DNA of 64,000 nt, from the NCBI GenBank assembly GCA_964016885.1, contig OZ024749.1, positions 47,244,001 to 47,308,000 on the forward strand, read 5' to 3'. The notes beneath the pieces are model-generated. The model was not told the origin of the DNA and made no database searches. It was given only the letters and a program-made list of their open reading frames with translations. Source of the DNA: Eledone cirrhosa. Lineage: Eukaryota. Positions 1 to 12,645 of the stretch are shown here, in pieces; the stretch's first letter is position 1; the number at the start of each line of letters is the position of its first letter. The translations under genes and the position numbers were made by a program.

Positions 1-927
1 CTTATATTAGCGGTTACCTTAATGTAAGTTCGAGTCCAGTGTGTACTTGGTAATCTCTTGCAAATCGCATGTTTGATATGTTTAAATTCATCGTAAATGT
101 TCCCAAATCTCCGACAGTTATGAAGATTACTAGATCCCAAACTCTTTGATTAGCCGGTCCACAAATTGCATATTTTTTAAACATCATTTCTACCCTAACA
201 CTTTGACTAAAAGGTTAATTATACTTCTATTTCTGACCTATATTAGATCGCATGGTGTTGGTTTCGAAAATGTATTTTATAACATTATTGGCTCATTCAT
301 ACAGGTAGTAAATCTTGCCTCAAGAGTAACTGGTCAGATTAATTTTACAAAGACATTATTTTCTCAACATAAAATACAGTGAACTGAAAAACGTTAAAAA
401 CAACATCAAGTAAAAAAGAGCATTAAATCATATAAATTTATGGCTTTTTCCCTTCACAATACTTAATGATTTTGTACCCTTTAATTAGTTTGGCAAATAA
501 CCACTTAGTTCTCGTTGTACAACGACAATTAAAATGGAAGAGAAATAATATTTTGACGTCAACATTACGCAGAGCCATTTTCCTTTATTTTGTTCAAAGA
601 TCTGTAAAATAAATTAATAATCAGAAAATAGCGATCATTTAATGAGGATCTTTGAGTCCATTTTATGCATCCTATAAATCAAGAAATGGCATTTTTGCAC
701 CAGTGAAGTGTCGGATTGTTCTGGTCTTAATTGCATAAACATTCGGATTCTTTCGAAATTGATATCCGTTAGTAGCATAGATCAGTTTAAAAAAACGTGA
801 TAATCAACAAAGTTCATCACCAATAACATACATAAATGATGCTTGTGATGACAGCAAGATCAGAAAGATAGCATAAGTGGGTGATTAAAAAAGTATTTCT
901 ATATATTAATATTAGAGCTTTCTTTAA

Positions 928-1155
928 GGCAATGAATTGATAGTATCGGTAAAATGTCACACAACATGCTTCGTAGCACAGAGTTACGGCCATTATCTGT
1001 TTGTGTTCATATCCCGCCGTGGTCAACCTTACATGTCTTCCTTATTAGGTCGATAAAATAAATTCTCAGTATCGGACTGTATGGGGTCGATTTAAACGAT
1101 TTTACCATTCCCCAGAATTTGTTTGATATTGTGCCTGAATCAGAAACTATTATTA
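928..1155 (+). mobile_element. tRNA-derived SINE, old diverged copy
   Basis: Degenerate head (TAGTATCGGTA, GTTCATATCCCGCC), central GGTCGATAAAATAAA and 3' TTGTGCCTGAATCAGAAAC match the family seen throughout the window. Confidence 0.75.
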
Positions 1156-1167
1156 TAGCTGTCTCTA

Positions 1168-1368
1168 GTGCGGTGTATTGGCAGTATTGGTAGAACATCG
1201 GACGCCATGCATTGCAACATAGAGTTACGGCCCTTTATGATCTGAGTTGAAATCTGGCCGAGGTTAACTTTGCCATTCATTAATATGGGGTCGATAAAAG
1301 GAATTACCAGTCACGCACTTTCCCCCGTCCCCAATTTGCTGGCCGTGTGCCTATAATAGAAATCATTA
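1168..1368 (+). mobile_element. tRNA-derived SINE
   Basis: TGGCAGTATTGGTAG A-box-like, GAGTTGAAATC B-box-like, GGGGTCGATAAAA, TTGCTGGCCGTGTGCC. Confidence 0.85.
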
Positions 1369-3777
1369 TGATAGCTTCTTTCCTTATAGTATTACACAGA
1401 AATTGTTACTTTTGATATTATAATAATGTTATCTATTACAGCAATCTGCGTTATCTATAACAGCGATGTCATCTAGATAATAACAATAGACTTAATTGCT
1501 TCATAGAAGAGGCAGGGTTGAAGTCGAAAATCATTCTGTCAAGACATTCAGCTCTAAGTAAACTCTATTAACATTATATATAATCCGGGTAAAAAGTGTA
1601 TGCGACTAAAGGCATGCATTTATTTCTATGTATGTCTGTATTTATATATGGATGTGTGTGTATGTATTTATATGTATGTATGAATGTATCTATGTATGCA
1701 TGAATATTTACATGGAAGTATAGTAGCAAGTAGGCATGTATGATGTAGATTGATATATGTGTGAATGCATATATGATTGCATTTGTGTGTGCGATAAATT
1801 GAGTCAGTAACTTAACATCATATTATAAAACATGCAAACGTGTCATAAGAATCAATCATTTAGGAATCTGTTTATAAATTACGTTTACTGTTGAAGTAAA
1901 ATGGGGAATGATGTTCAATCTATTTTACGCGTTGTCCTGCTTAGGCTGGTGATGTGTATTCTTGCATATTGTTTCTAATAATCCTGGAGTCATTGCCACT
2001 ACATTTTCATGTGTCATTCTCGTTGTCATTTGTTCCTTCTAACCATGTAGATATCCGTAAGGGTGCCATTCTCTTTGCATATTCCGGCATTGTTTATAGA
2101 TATTACTATTGTTGGTGTCCTTGCTGCTTATTGATGAGATGATGGCATCAATGTCATCTTCAGTTGAGCAATCTATCATATTGCGCCCATGTCCTTGCTT
2201 TTCCAACTTGAGAATATGTGGATATTTCTACTCATCGGCATACAAATGACATACACCGGAATATTACCATATTACTTGGATTTATATCTAGAAGCACGTA
2301 GTGTATGTCATTATTGTTCACTATATTTTTTATCCGAGAATGCATATTCACCCCTCACAAATCGAGATGTTCCACTCGAAAACAGCTTCCCTATTTATAT
2401 TTGCATTTTATAAATAAAGGTTCATATACATCTTGTTGACATTGCTATTGTAACTGACATATTCCCCCACGTCGTAAATTAATATGGCAATGAAAATAAT
2501 AGTATTAGAGATGCTATGGTACTGATGGTTGAGTGAACGTAAGACAGAAGAGTTTTACAAATAGCCGCCATTATGATTATATATTGGGGATAGGAATTGT
2601 GTTAATATTAATGTTATTATTTGTTTTTATTTCATTACTGTCTCTTTTTCATCGGATCTGTGGCTGTCGTTATTGTTGGTATTCCTACTTCTGTCTTGTT
2701 TGCAAGAATCATACTTTTTCTTGGAAAATATCGCAGTTGATCCTTCTTTTTTCCTATTGACGAAATTCTCATTATAGACATACGTTTTAAATTGTTGCTA
2801 TGATCTTATGACTTCCTACGATATGTAATGAAATATAACATAACACACAATATGTAAGAGAAAAGCTCACTCTATAAGGTTTCTTGTTGAAATATATAAT
2901 ATATAACATTCCAAAGAGGTCAGAATTAAGAGAAGAAAAATATATAGTTACATACATACACACACTAATGGAGGCTGACACATGCACTACACCATATTTT
3001 TAAATACATATATATATATACATTCTCTCTCTCTATCTATCTATCTATCTATCTATCTATCACACTCTCTATTTTTCTCTCTTTCTGAACGATGAGGTAT
3101 GGGCTTCGTTGCCTTGTATAGCCATAATGACCTTACCTATTATAGAATTAGCACAGTGCTAAAGTGGTGAGGGGGATCTGGGCAATAAGAGTAGTATTGT
3201 TTCTCATATATGTAACATTTTTAGCATGCCTCGTTTTTTTTTTTTTTTTGATTTGTGCTTTTTCCTGATAGAGCGCACATGTCATGTAAATTGAATTGAA
3301 TACGTTTATGCAACTTCACATTCTTTGCATTCGAAATACGCTAACATTATATACACCATTCGCGTCTTTATTAACGGCTTCTTCTTTTCACTCCATGTTT
3401 TAGATTCACTCACATGCAATCAGAATAGATCATTGTTTAGATACGTTAATACGTTCGGTTGGAAACAATGTTGATTGAATTTGCCCTTTCTTTTAAGCAG
3501 AGACGAGGTGCCATTATCGATAATGCACATATCATTATTTAGAATAGAATGGTATTACTGTAACTGCCTGAAAGACGGTTATTTCAGTAACATCCACACA
3601 TTCAGGATAGATGTATAACATTATACAATATTAAATGGAAGTATTTATAGAAGAAAGATTAACATTAAAAGTGAACAGAATAAAAGAAGAAGAATTTCGA
3701 CAAGAATTTAAAAACGTATTATATAAATACATTTAGATGAATCATATACAAGCTAACAAAGGTACATATACGCATTC

Positions 3778-3817
<40 letters not shown>

Positions 3818-3894
3818 ATGGGGGGAGGGTGCATGCGTGCGTGAGTGGGAGAGAGTAAGTGTGTGTGTAAGTGTTTAAGAATACATAACACACC

Positions 3895-3935
<41 letters not shown>

Positions 3936-4999
3936 TCATGTATGTGTTATACTAATTGTTAAGGCATTATATGATATATTTCGATGTATAATTTCACATA
4001 TGAAATACAAAAGAATAAATGTACCATAACCTACTTTGTCAATCCCAAACACTTTCTATCATATATCTGTTGATCAACTATGTTAAATTACTGTAGATGC
4101 ATATTGTTTATTTTCGCTAAGATTTTCACTAGATTGAAACAATGGTTTCCACTATATAATAATCGTTATAGAAGAAGTTAGAATAATTCAACGCTTTTTC
4201 TATACCTTCAATGCGAAACCTGATCTTTGAAATAATTTGTTAAAGCACTATCATCTACTATACCTTCTTTCAGCTACGAGACAAATTTGTCGGAATCAGT
4301 AATGACATATTAAGCAGAAAATCGTATTCTAAGCTTGCTGATCTCATAGATGAAAAGCAAAGACTGATATGAAATGAACTTGGACACTTTCTAGCATAGT
4401 TTGGAATATATATTTGCGAAGATTTTAAGAAAACTATTCTAACGCAATAATACGTGCCAATATATGGATAATACGTCAGGCATTTTTATTACAGCTACAC
4501 AAATATACATACCAATAGCTATATAATTATACACATTGAAATAATTCACGTACAATAAGCCAAGTTGCTTTTGTTCAGTCATTTATATCCAGCAATACAG
4601 AATTGTCTAAAACAGAAAATATTAATTATTTATCACAATGATATTTCTTCCACGAGAAAAGGTTAGTACACATATTATGACCATGTAAGCATACTTCGAA
4701 TTGCTGGGCCTTTAAAACATATATATCCATGACATTGCACGGCAGCATATTTATACAATCTATATTTTAATCTGCAAGTAACTATCTTCGATATTAATTC
4801 GGTATATCTATGATTCTTGTAATTATTCATTGCAATTTAAGCAAAATCTCTACTACAGATAGCCACATCATATTTATGAAAAGGCCTGAATGGTTATAAT
4901 TTTCTATCAAATAAAATCTAGTGCACTCCGCATTAGGTTCAGTGTTAGGGTTCACTTTATTAACGGTGCTTTTCTTATATTTCTTTCAGGCAAGTGCAG

Positions 5000-5038
5000 A
5001 AAGATCATGGCAAAGATCATGGCAAAGATCAGGGCAAA
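5000..5038 (+). repeat. 12-bp tandem repeat (AAAGATCATGGC)x3
   Basis: Read directly; lies just after a pyrimidine-rich TTTCAG. Confidence 0.85.
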
Positions 5039-7136
5039 AATTATAATATTAATTTGGTATCATAATATTAATTAAGTATCATGTTTAAGTCCTAATGTGA
5101 CTATTCTCATATGAATTCCAAGAAATTAAACATTGTGAACATCGTCTGGCAGAGAGTAACGCCAAAAGTATATAATACATATCTAGTTAACGTCTAGCTG
5201 TTCAGATAATATTTCCGTTTGCCTCTTGTATTTAGAAAAAAAGTCCGACACGAAATAAATCTGACGAATTATGGAGTTGTCCTCTCAGCGTATATATATC
5301 ATATTATACGAATGCGCAGGGATTTTTTGAATTATTTTCAAAATTATGCAGGCGTAAACCTGATAATCATAATTTAGTGTGTTTTTTAAGGACGCTCATT
5401 TATTTTCTCTTTTATAAAACATCAATATCTTAAAGCCATCTCTGTTCTCATGCATTCCACATAATGTTACTCAAATATCCCTATACAACCCGAATATAGC
5501 TGAACATAGATGATGATTAAAACAATGTAATAGAGATATGTATCTGAAAGGATAATGTAACGTATCGAAACCGCTGATATCTGCCCCGTTTTAAGCAATA
5601 TATTAAACCAGTATATCAACATCATATTGATAAATGTGCGTCCATCTACGTGGTAAAAATGTTCGGTGAGGGATCTTGTATATTTTATCAAAAATATTAT
5701 GCTGCTGTTATACTTATATTTAGATACTGAGTAACGCCACAACCAGCACAATAACACAAATGTATCTCTCCGTATTCGCATTTGTCCTCTACTACTGACA
5801 GAACATCTTGAAAAGTAGTAGAACAAGTATTTTATGTCTAAATAACTGAAAGTTTCCAAATTATCTACAATTCAAAATCAATATACTAAAGATAAAAAAA
5901 ATGAAAATATGTTACATATATATTTCTGGATAGAGGGGAATAGAATGAAACCTACGAATAGAAAACATTTTCCAAACAATTTCCATTATTGTCTTTTAAC
6001 TGAGATAATTTGTTTGAAGTCTTTTAGAAAAAAATTCTTAGGGGCATGATTTTCACATGTTCTTAACAATTTATAACAATTTTATTTTTCTCTGAAGTAT
6101 TCTTGTATCCACATTTTCGAATATTTTCTATATATTGGTGCCTTTGGTGTTCATGGTTATCTGTTACATGTTCGTATGGTTTAGTCCATTCCTTCGTACA
6201 TATTTCTTTTCATAATATTATTACGTTCTCTGACAATCTGTGTGTTTTCTGTAATTCAATGAATATAACTATGGGCACAACGTTTGAAATGCGCGTTCTT
6301 GAATATAGTTGTACACACTAGCAAACTTACAACTTATAAACAATAAATCATATACATATACATTAAGCTATATCGTATTTCGATGGGGACATTTTCTTTC
6401 TAATTATGAAAAAGACATGTACGCCAAGACATTATGAGAAATTGGTAAAGTACATATGTTTCTTTTGCAGTACCGCTAATATTAATATTCCTAACGGGAA
6501 TAAACGTGAACAATGCTTTGGAATCGAGAAAACTACAACAAAGGAACATCGTAGATATTTACATACAATTCACCTGAAATATTCAATAAAAGTATTTCAA
6601 TGTTTTCACAGATTTAAATAAATGTATATCTGTGTATATCATATATATACATTTAGTATGTTCATCGTATGTACATGTACATCTGGAAATAATTGTGCAA
6701 GTAGTTCCAATACTTCCGACGATACACGTACTAGTAATTCTGATAAAATCACATGTCGTAACACTCTACACAATTATTGTTTCCAATTGTAAGTGCATAC
6801 GATATGAATATATTAATGTTCCCTGATAATACTTATATTATATAATAATTATATTATATACTTTCTTATTTTCTTGATAATAGTTTCTGATTTGATATTG
6901 CCTTAACAACAAAAGAGACTATATTAAAACAGCAACCGAAGTAGCCATTTATTAGCTCAACTAATGTTCAAGAGAATTGGTTGGGTGGAATATATTGTGT
7001 GGTATTTTTATTTACATGAACACATGTATATTTAGTATATACCATGATTTTAATTTATATTCTAATAAATGTGTAATATGTCATTCAAAGGAGCAAACAC
7101 CAGTTTTTATATTGATGCATATTATAGGTTTATTAG

Positions 7137-7320
7137 GGCGGTGGATTGGCAGTATCGGTAGAGGGTCGGACGCCATGCTTTCCAGCATAGTTACGTCCCT
7201 TTACGATCTGAGTTCAAATCCCGCCGAGGTTGACTTTGCCTTTCATCCTTACGGGGTCGATAAAATAAAGTACCAATAATGCACTGGATAATTGCTGGCC
7301 TTGTGCCTAAAGTAGAAACA
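7137..7320 (+). mobile_element. tRNA-derived SINE, young full-length copy with 17-bp TSD
   Basis: A box TGGCAGTATCGG, B box GAGTTCAAATCCC, central GACTTTGCCTTTCATCCTTACGGGGTCGATAAAATAAAGTACC (Nin/Deu-domain-like by recall); TSD ATTATAGGTTTATTAGG at 7121-7137 and 7321-7337. Confidence 0.95.
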
Positions 7321-7337
7321 ATTATAGGTTTATTAGG

Positions 7338-7370
7338 TATATAAAGCCTCGCCTACTTTGCGATTCATTT
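7338..7370 (+). promoter_or_regulatory. Candidate Pol II core promoter: TATA box plus Inr
   Basis: TATATAAAG at 7338-7346; TCATTT at 7365-7370 with A+1 at 7367, 29 nt downstream. Confidence 0.45.
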
Positions 7371-7540
7371 GCACACATCTGGTGAACTGATACTGGATTG
7401 CTTCCTGGCTCTAGCGTGCATAATTGAGACAGTCATATACCGTTAGCTTTCATCTCAGAAGGTTGCACATTAGACCCTCTGTTGGAAGAGAAAAACAAAA
7501 GGTAGACATTCGGTACAGAACAGTTCGAGCATGGAATTTG
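7367..7540 (+). other. Candidate first exon of a host gene (5'UTR plus Met-Glu-Phe, phase-1 donor)
   Basis: No ATG before AGCATGG (ATG 7531; A at -3, G at +4); ATGGAATTTG is followed by the strong donor GTGAGT at 7541. Confidence 0.45.
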
Positions 7541-7884
7541 GTGAGTACACACAATATTCGGGAGATCTAGTTGACAACAATCCATTAATTTGCATAGAGA
7601 TGAAGCAAATCGATTCGTAATGTGTTTGTGAAACTCTCATAGCACGTGCGATAACGTCTTCAAAGTTGTTTCTTCAAATTAAGAAGGATAAGATATGCAT
7701 ACATGCATATAAATTACAGAAAGGTTAAGTTGGAGGATTCTCAAATAATTGTCAATGGAAATTATTTTGTGCTCCGTTGATGTAAAATGTAACGGTTTTT
7801 ACAAGAGAAGAAAACATGATATATTAATAGAAGGCTGTACGTTCCTCATACTTAAATTGTGCAGAATACGTTATATGATATATC

Positions 7885-8065
7885 ATTGTTTCTACTTTTA
7901 GGCACAAGGCCAGCAATCACCCAGTGCATTACTGGTACTTTATTTTATCGACCCCGTAAGGATGAAAGGCAAAGTCAACCTCGGCTGGATTTGAACTCAG
8001 ATCATAAAGGGACGTAACTATGCTGGAAAGCATGGCGTCCGACCCTCTACCGATACACCCAATCC
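7885..8065 (-). mobile_element. SINE (same family)
   Basis: Reverse complement of the family consensus; short TSD-like ATATATCA. Confidence 0.95.
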
Positions 8066-8082
8066 AATATATCACATGAAAT

Positions 8083-8270
8083 AATTGTTTCTACTTTAGG
8101 CACAAGGCCAGCAATTACCCAGTGCATTACTGGTATTTTATTTAATTGACCCCGTAAGGATGAATGGCAAAGTCAACCTCGACGGGATTCGAAATCAGAT
8201 CGTAAAGGGACGTAACTATGCTGGAAAGCAGTGCGTCCGACCCTCTACCGATACTGCCAATCCCCCGCCC
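8083..8270 (-). mobile_element. SINE (same family), tandem with previous copy
   Basis: Reverse complement of consensus; TSD ACATGAAATAAT on both sides. Confidence 0.95.
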
Positions 8271-8760
8271 TTTGTTACATGAAATAATGTCTGTAATCGT
8301 ACATCATATACGCTATATAGAGATGTGTCGCCTTAACAAAAGTCATTCTTTAATTACAGAAGAGCGAACAAGGTTTGTTTTGTATATAAGGCTAATTGAG
8401 ATCTAGGCATGCTTCGTATTTGTATGGAGACCCTTGCTTCTGTTATTGAATGTACACAAGCTTCGATGTAATGAATGATAAATGTTGTTCATCTTATCAT
8501 AGTCCTTTAAAAATACAATGAATATTATATTTGTTGTCCAAGTGAATATAGTAATTTCACAATAAGCATGCCCATCATTTTTCTTTATTAATTCTGGTTT
8601 CAAATTTATTGACATATCCTGATGAAAATAAGACGAAAATAGTATTTAATTTAGAAAATATCATGACGTTCAATCGAATTATTTCATCTAACTGTATGGC
8701 ACTAAAACGTAGAATGATTCTCCAGATTAATTGAGAGACTTATGTTTCTTCATTATATTA

Positions 8761-8946
8761 GCGGCGGTGGATTGGCAGTATCGGTAGAGGGGCGGACATA
8801 ATGCTTTCCATCATAGTTACGTCCCTTTACGGTCTGAGTTCAAATCGCGCCGATGTTAACTTTGCCTTTCATTCTTACGGCGTCGATAAAATAAAGTACA
8901 AGTAATGCACTGGGTAATTGCTGCCCTTGTGCCAAATGTAGAAATA
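8761..8946 (+). mobile_element. SINE (same family)
   Basis: Full-length match; TSD ATTATATTAGGC. Confidence 0.95.
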
Positions 8947-9230
8947 ATTATATTAGGCAGATAGTATGTAACAGTTAGATGTCTATTAGTGATGATTTAT
9001 GTTAACCCTCCTTAGTTTAAGGACGTATTATATAAAGACACATTTCATCCGGGATTCAAATTAGAAATTATTAATAGGATGCAAGGCGACCCCCTATGCA
9101 ATAGCACGTTTATGTTTGAATGCATTGTTTTAAAGAGTAACGCAGTAATTATGCGAATTGGGAACTGATATATTAGTGTGATATTTATCATCTGTGCCTA
9201 AATATGTTATACATACGCATATATATATAG

Positions 9231-9421
9231 GAAAAAGTATGACCCCGACGGCAGAGCTCAAACCGTTTTGACCGGTATTTGTGGACTAAAATAGCCGACT
9301 AAACGGCTTGACCTCTGCCGTCGGGGTCATATTTTTTCATATTACCCACTATAAAACCCTAAGTATTGAGTATTCTGGTGCGTTATGGTTCCTCTTGTTC
9401 CTTACCACAATTCCTTCGTTA
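9231..9421 (+). mobile_element. PLE pLTR-like fragment (family A) with fold-back, in (TA)n
   Basis: Imperfect inverted arms about 9231-9280 / 9288-9338; degraded HHR 3' half (AAACGGC..GCCGTC GGGGTC); homologous to 39075-39293 in opposite orientation. Confidence 0.75.
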
Positions 9422-9461
<40 letters not shown>

Positions 9462-9679
9462 AGATTTGAATGGATATAGTTTAGTTGAAAGTAATTTATT
9501 GACACGTGGTTCTATAACAGTTACATAACCTGAAAACAGCTGCTATCTACTGCTATTTATATTACAACACAACGGAAAATACTGTATATATATATATATA
9601 TATACATATATTGGAAATGTAAATAACACCAACAAAGAGTGCATATACGAAAGGTGTTAGACATTAGGTACTCGCTTGA

Positions 9680-9725
<46 letters not shown>

Positions 9726-9886
9726 GAGGAGGTTATAGTTCACTTGAAGCATTGTGTAATGAGGTATAAACGTTTGAATATGTGTAATAAGGCCAAGACA
9801 ATGCAGGTATGGACATAGAAAAAAGGAATGCAATAGTGAAAGATATTGATGAGAATTCGTCTTTCACCTTGAATTTATTTAAATGT

Positions 9887-9921
9887 CCTTAATTTTCGAG
9901 ACAATATCTCTTCTTCGGAGG
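9887..9921 (-). ncRNA. Minimal type I hammerhead-like motif in pLTR (left copy)
   Basis: Minus strand: CCT CCGAAGA A GAGATATTGTCTC GAAA ATT A AGG, then AATAAA. Confidence 0.6.
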
Positions 9922-10330
9922 GAAGTAAACGTCTCAAACCAGCGTCTTTAAATATCTAGCCAAGCCATGCTGACCGGAAATAGTATAGAGTATCTGTTCT
10001 AACTCTAATATCAAAGAATTAAAATTAGGTGGATAGAGAGTAGTCTCCCTTTAAGAGGGGTTTGTTTAGGGTTTTTTTTTTTTTTTTTTTAATTTTATAT
10101 ACGTGCCTGTATATGTGTGTGGGAGAATGCATGAAGGTGTAGGTATGTGGATGTGTGGGTGTGTGAGTGTGGGAAGATAGGTCTAATCGTGAAAGTGGGG
10201 GGGTAGGTGTTATCTGGTGCTAGAACTGGTTTTGTGTGTGTATGTGTGAGAGAGAATAAGTGGAGGTGTAAGCGTGTGTGTGTGCGCGTGCGTGTGTGTG
10301 GGGTGTGTAAAAATGGGGCTAGAGGCCCTA

Positions 10331-11085
10331 TCAGGTTATAAATTGGGTGTTGAGCTCTAGTCTATTATTGATTGATGGATGTGTTCTATCTATAATAAGT
10401 GCTTCCTTAATTCTAAGATTGCCGAGGTTTCTTTCCTTAGTTTCTATCCTAACTGTTATGTTTTTATCGGTGTTTTTGCATTTAACTAGGTGTTTCTTAA
10501 ATGAGGAAGCGTTAGTATTGAGGTGTTCTTTTATTCTTATGTGGAGTGGTCTGGTGGTGCTACCTACGTAGAAGTTGTTGCATTTGTCACACTCTAGTCT
10601 GTATACTACGTAAGCCTGGTGGCATAGGTCTGTGTCGTTGATGGGGCAGTTTGCTAGTCTGCAGCAGTTGTCATGTCTGGTGGAGTGTCTCTTGGCCAGC
10701 CGTCCGCGCAGAGAAGGACCCGAGTGGGCCTGTTGGATATCCAGTCCCTCTCGTCTGATGGCTCTGCGGATGGCTTTTGTTGTTTCTTCACTGAAGTGTG
10801 GGAGCTTCAGGAAGCAAGTGTTAGTGCTTCGGGTGTGGTGTCCTCTGTTCTTTCTGGCACGGTTTGTGGTGGATGTCGTGTATCCGTTCAGTTTGAGTAC
10901 TTCCAGGAAATGTGTGGTGTGTGTGTCTCGGTCTCTGGCGTCGGTGCATTTGTTCTTAATACGTGCCAGTTCGTTCTTTATGTATCCGAACTTGGCACCG
11001 AGTGGGAGGGCCGATCTGAAATGTACGAACAGGTCCCTGCTGGCCGATTTTTTATAGAAGCAGGTGTGGATGTTGCCTTCCTCTG
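10331..11085 (-). pseudogene. PLE ORF 3' part: RT thumb, Cys linker and GIY-YIG endonuclease
   Basis: FYKKSASRDLFVHFRSALP (PLE YRKP..LHF.S.HP region), CCRLANCPINDTDLC linker, VVYRLECDKCNNFYVGSTTRPLHIRIKEH, EALII..PSIN; the first ~22 aa of the listed 273-aa ORF cross the inversion junction and are artefactual. Confidence 0.93.
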
Positions 11086-11482
11086 ACCACACATACAGAT
11101 AGACAACAGGATTACCCATGGGATCCAGCCTTTCGGGCCTGCTGGCCATCACCTACAGGAACCAGCTAGAATGCCCAGCCCTCAACACCTGCCTTCTTTA
11201 CCCGATATGTAGATGACATACTCATCCTTACATCATCCCGTGAGGAGGCAGAGAAAATATACACAACATTCTCCAGCATGGACGCCAGTATAAAGTTCAG
11301 CATGGAACACCCCGATGACCGCGGATCCCTATCCCTACTGGACTTCCAACTCAGGGTAACAGAGGAAGGCAACATCCACACCTGCTTCTATAAAAAATCC
11401 GCCAGCAGGGACCTGTTCGTACATTTCAGATCGGCCCTCCCACTCGGTGCCAAGTTCGGATACATAAAGAACGAACTGGCAC
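11086..11482 (+). pseudogene. PLE reverse transcriptase core fragment (inverted)
   Basis: Translates to TYR*TTGLPMGSSLSGLLA (motif B'), a frameshift, then RYVDDILIL (motif C), IKFSMEHPDDRGSLSLLDF. Confidence 0.92.
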
Positions 11483-11600
11483 TCTTTATCCACCTAATTT
11501 TAATTATTTGATATTAGAGTTAGAACAGATACTCTATACTATTTCCGGTCAGCATGGCTTGGCTAGAGATTTAAAGACGCTGGTTTGAGACCTTTACTTC

Positions 11601-11635
11601 CCTCCGAAGAAGAGATATTATCTCGAAAATTAAGG
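11601..11635 (+). ncRNA. Minimal type I hammerhead-like motif in pLTR (right copy)
   Basis: Stem I CCT/AGG; core CCGAAGA 11604-11610; stem II GAGATA/TATCTC with one extra A; GAAA 11625-11628; palindromic AATT stem III; AATAAA downstream. Confidence 0.6.
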
Positions 11636-12324
11636 ACATTTAAATAAATTCAAGGTGAAAGACGAATTCTCATCAATATCTTTCACTATTTCATTCCTTT
11701 TTTCTATGTCCATACCTGCATTGTCTTGGCCTTATTACACATATTCAAACGTTTATATATATATATGTAAATGTTCTATTTAAATTGTTGTGATACAACA
11801 AGCAAATATGTTTATAACTGATATAAAGCACTCAACAAATAATTGGAGTAAAAATACGATATTAACAAATGGAAACTATATTTATAAAACCATATTTATA
11901 TCATTATACATATGTATTTCATTATACATATCACATTATACGATGGTATAAGGCAACGGATAACTGAACACTGGCGAGAGATTCAAGATAGTAAAGAATC
12001 ATCTGTACTCTACCAACATGCTAAAATAGAACATGAGGGTAAATTAGAGAACACATAAATAAAAATAGAATCTACGCACACAAAAGACGCAATGTTTAGA
12101 CAAATAACAGAGGCAATAAACATAAATGAACTCCAACCAAAATTAAATAGAAAACATGAATGTAAGTGCTACATCGGAACTTATAATTAAGGACTACATG
12201 AAAACACACACGCACATAAAACAAACAACCAACCAGTAACATGTAAATAAACACATAAATAAACAAATATAAACACACACAGACACCCGGATGTAACACA
12301 TGCGCAAACTAAGCACACAACACA

Positions 12325-12437
12325 CACACAAACAAGATGGCGTATGACAGAACAAAGGAGAGGCACAAAAAGAAAGAAAATAATAACTGGTGCGCGTGTT
12401 TCGTATTGGCAACATGACCCTCCCAAAGTATAACAAT
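12325..12437 (+). mobile_element. Family B fragment with internal deletion
   Basis: CAAACAAGATGGCG... and ...TATTGGCAACATGACCCTCCCAAAGTATAACAAT match both ends of 27386-27628; ends in (TA)n. Confidence 0.7.
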
Positions 12438-12505
12438 ATATATATATATATATATATATATTGACGAAGCGTAAGTCAATTGCATGAATTCATAATCATT
12501 TATTT

Positions 12506-12561
12506 ACTGCTATATATATTTCGATGATAGCCATTGAATGGCTATGACCTCATCAGGCAGT
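12506..12561 (-). ncRNA. Type I hammerhead ribozyme with intact core
   Basis: Minus strand: ACTGC CTGATGA GGTC ATAGCCATT C AATGGCTAT CATC GAAA TATATA T A GCAGT, then AATAAA; lies in a ~160-bp insert between TA tracts. Confidence 0.88.
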
Positions 12562-12645
12562 TAGTCAATTCTTAGATATGCCAGCTCTGTGTGTATAGTG
12601 TTGATGGTATCAGAGCCTTGGGACACATATATATATATATATATA

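Larger units (their letters stand above)
9724..11757. mobile_element. Penelope-like retroelement, 5'-truncated with inversion and inverted pseudo-LTRs, in (TA)n
   Basis: Inverted arms of about 276 bp (9765-10040 / 11481-11757); inner 123-bp inverted duplication (10963-11085 / 11360-11482); RT and GIY-YIG coding pieces on opposite strands; TA runs on both flanks. Confidence 0.93.

Noticed and set aside
4970-5063. Strong acceptor followed by GCAAGT or a KDHG-repeat exon
   Set aside because: No convincing donor or recognisable protein; cannot be supported without transcripts
5724-5798. Possible terminal exon ILSNATTSTITQMYLSVFAFVLYY*
   Set aside because: Weak acceptor and no upstream exons identified
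7137-7225. tRNA gene
   Set aside because: A and B boxes belong to the SINE head; no full cloverleaf
8617-8645. CTGATGA..GAAA hammerhead-like spacing
   Set aside because: No stem II or stem I pairing
10347-11381. Overlapping ORFs 10347-10571, 10632-11057, 10673-11086 and 11166-11381
   Set aside because: Antisense or shadow frames of the PLE coding sequence
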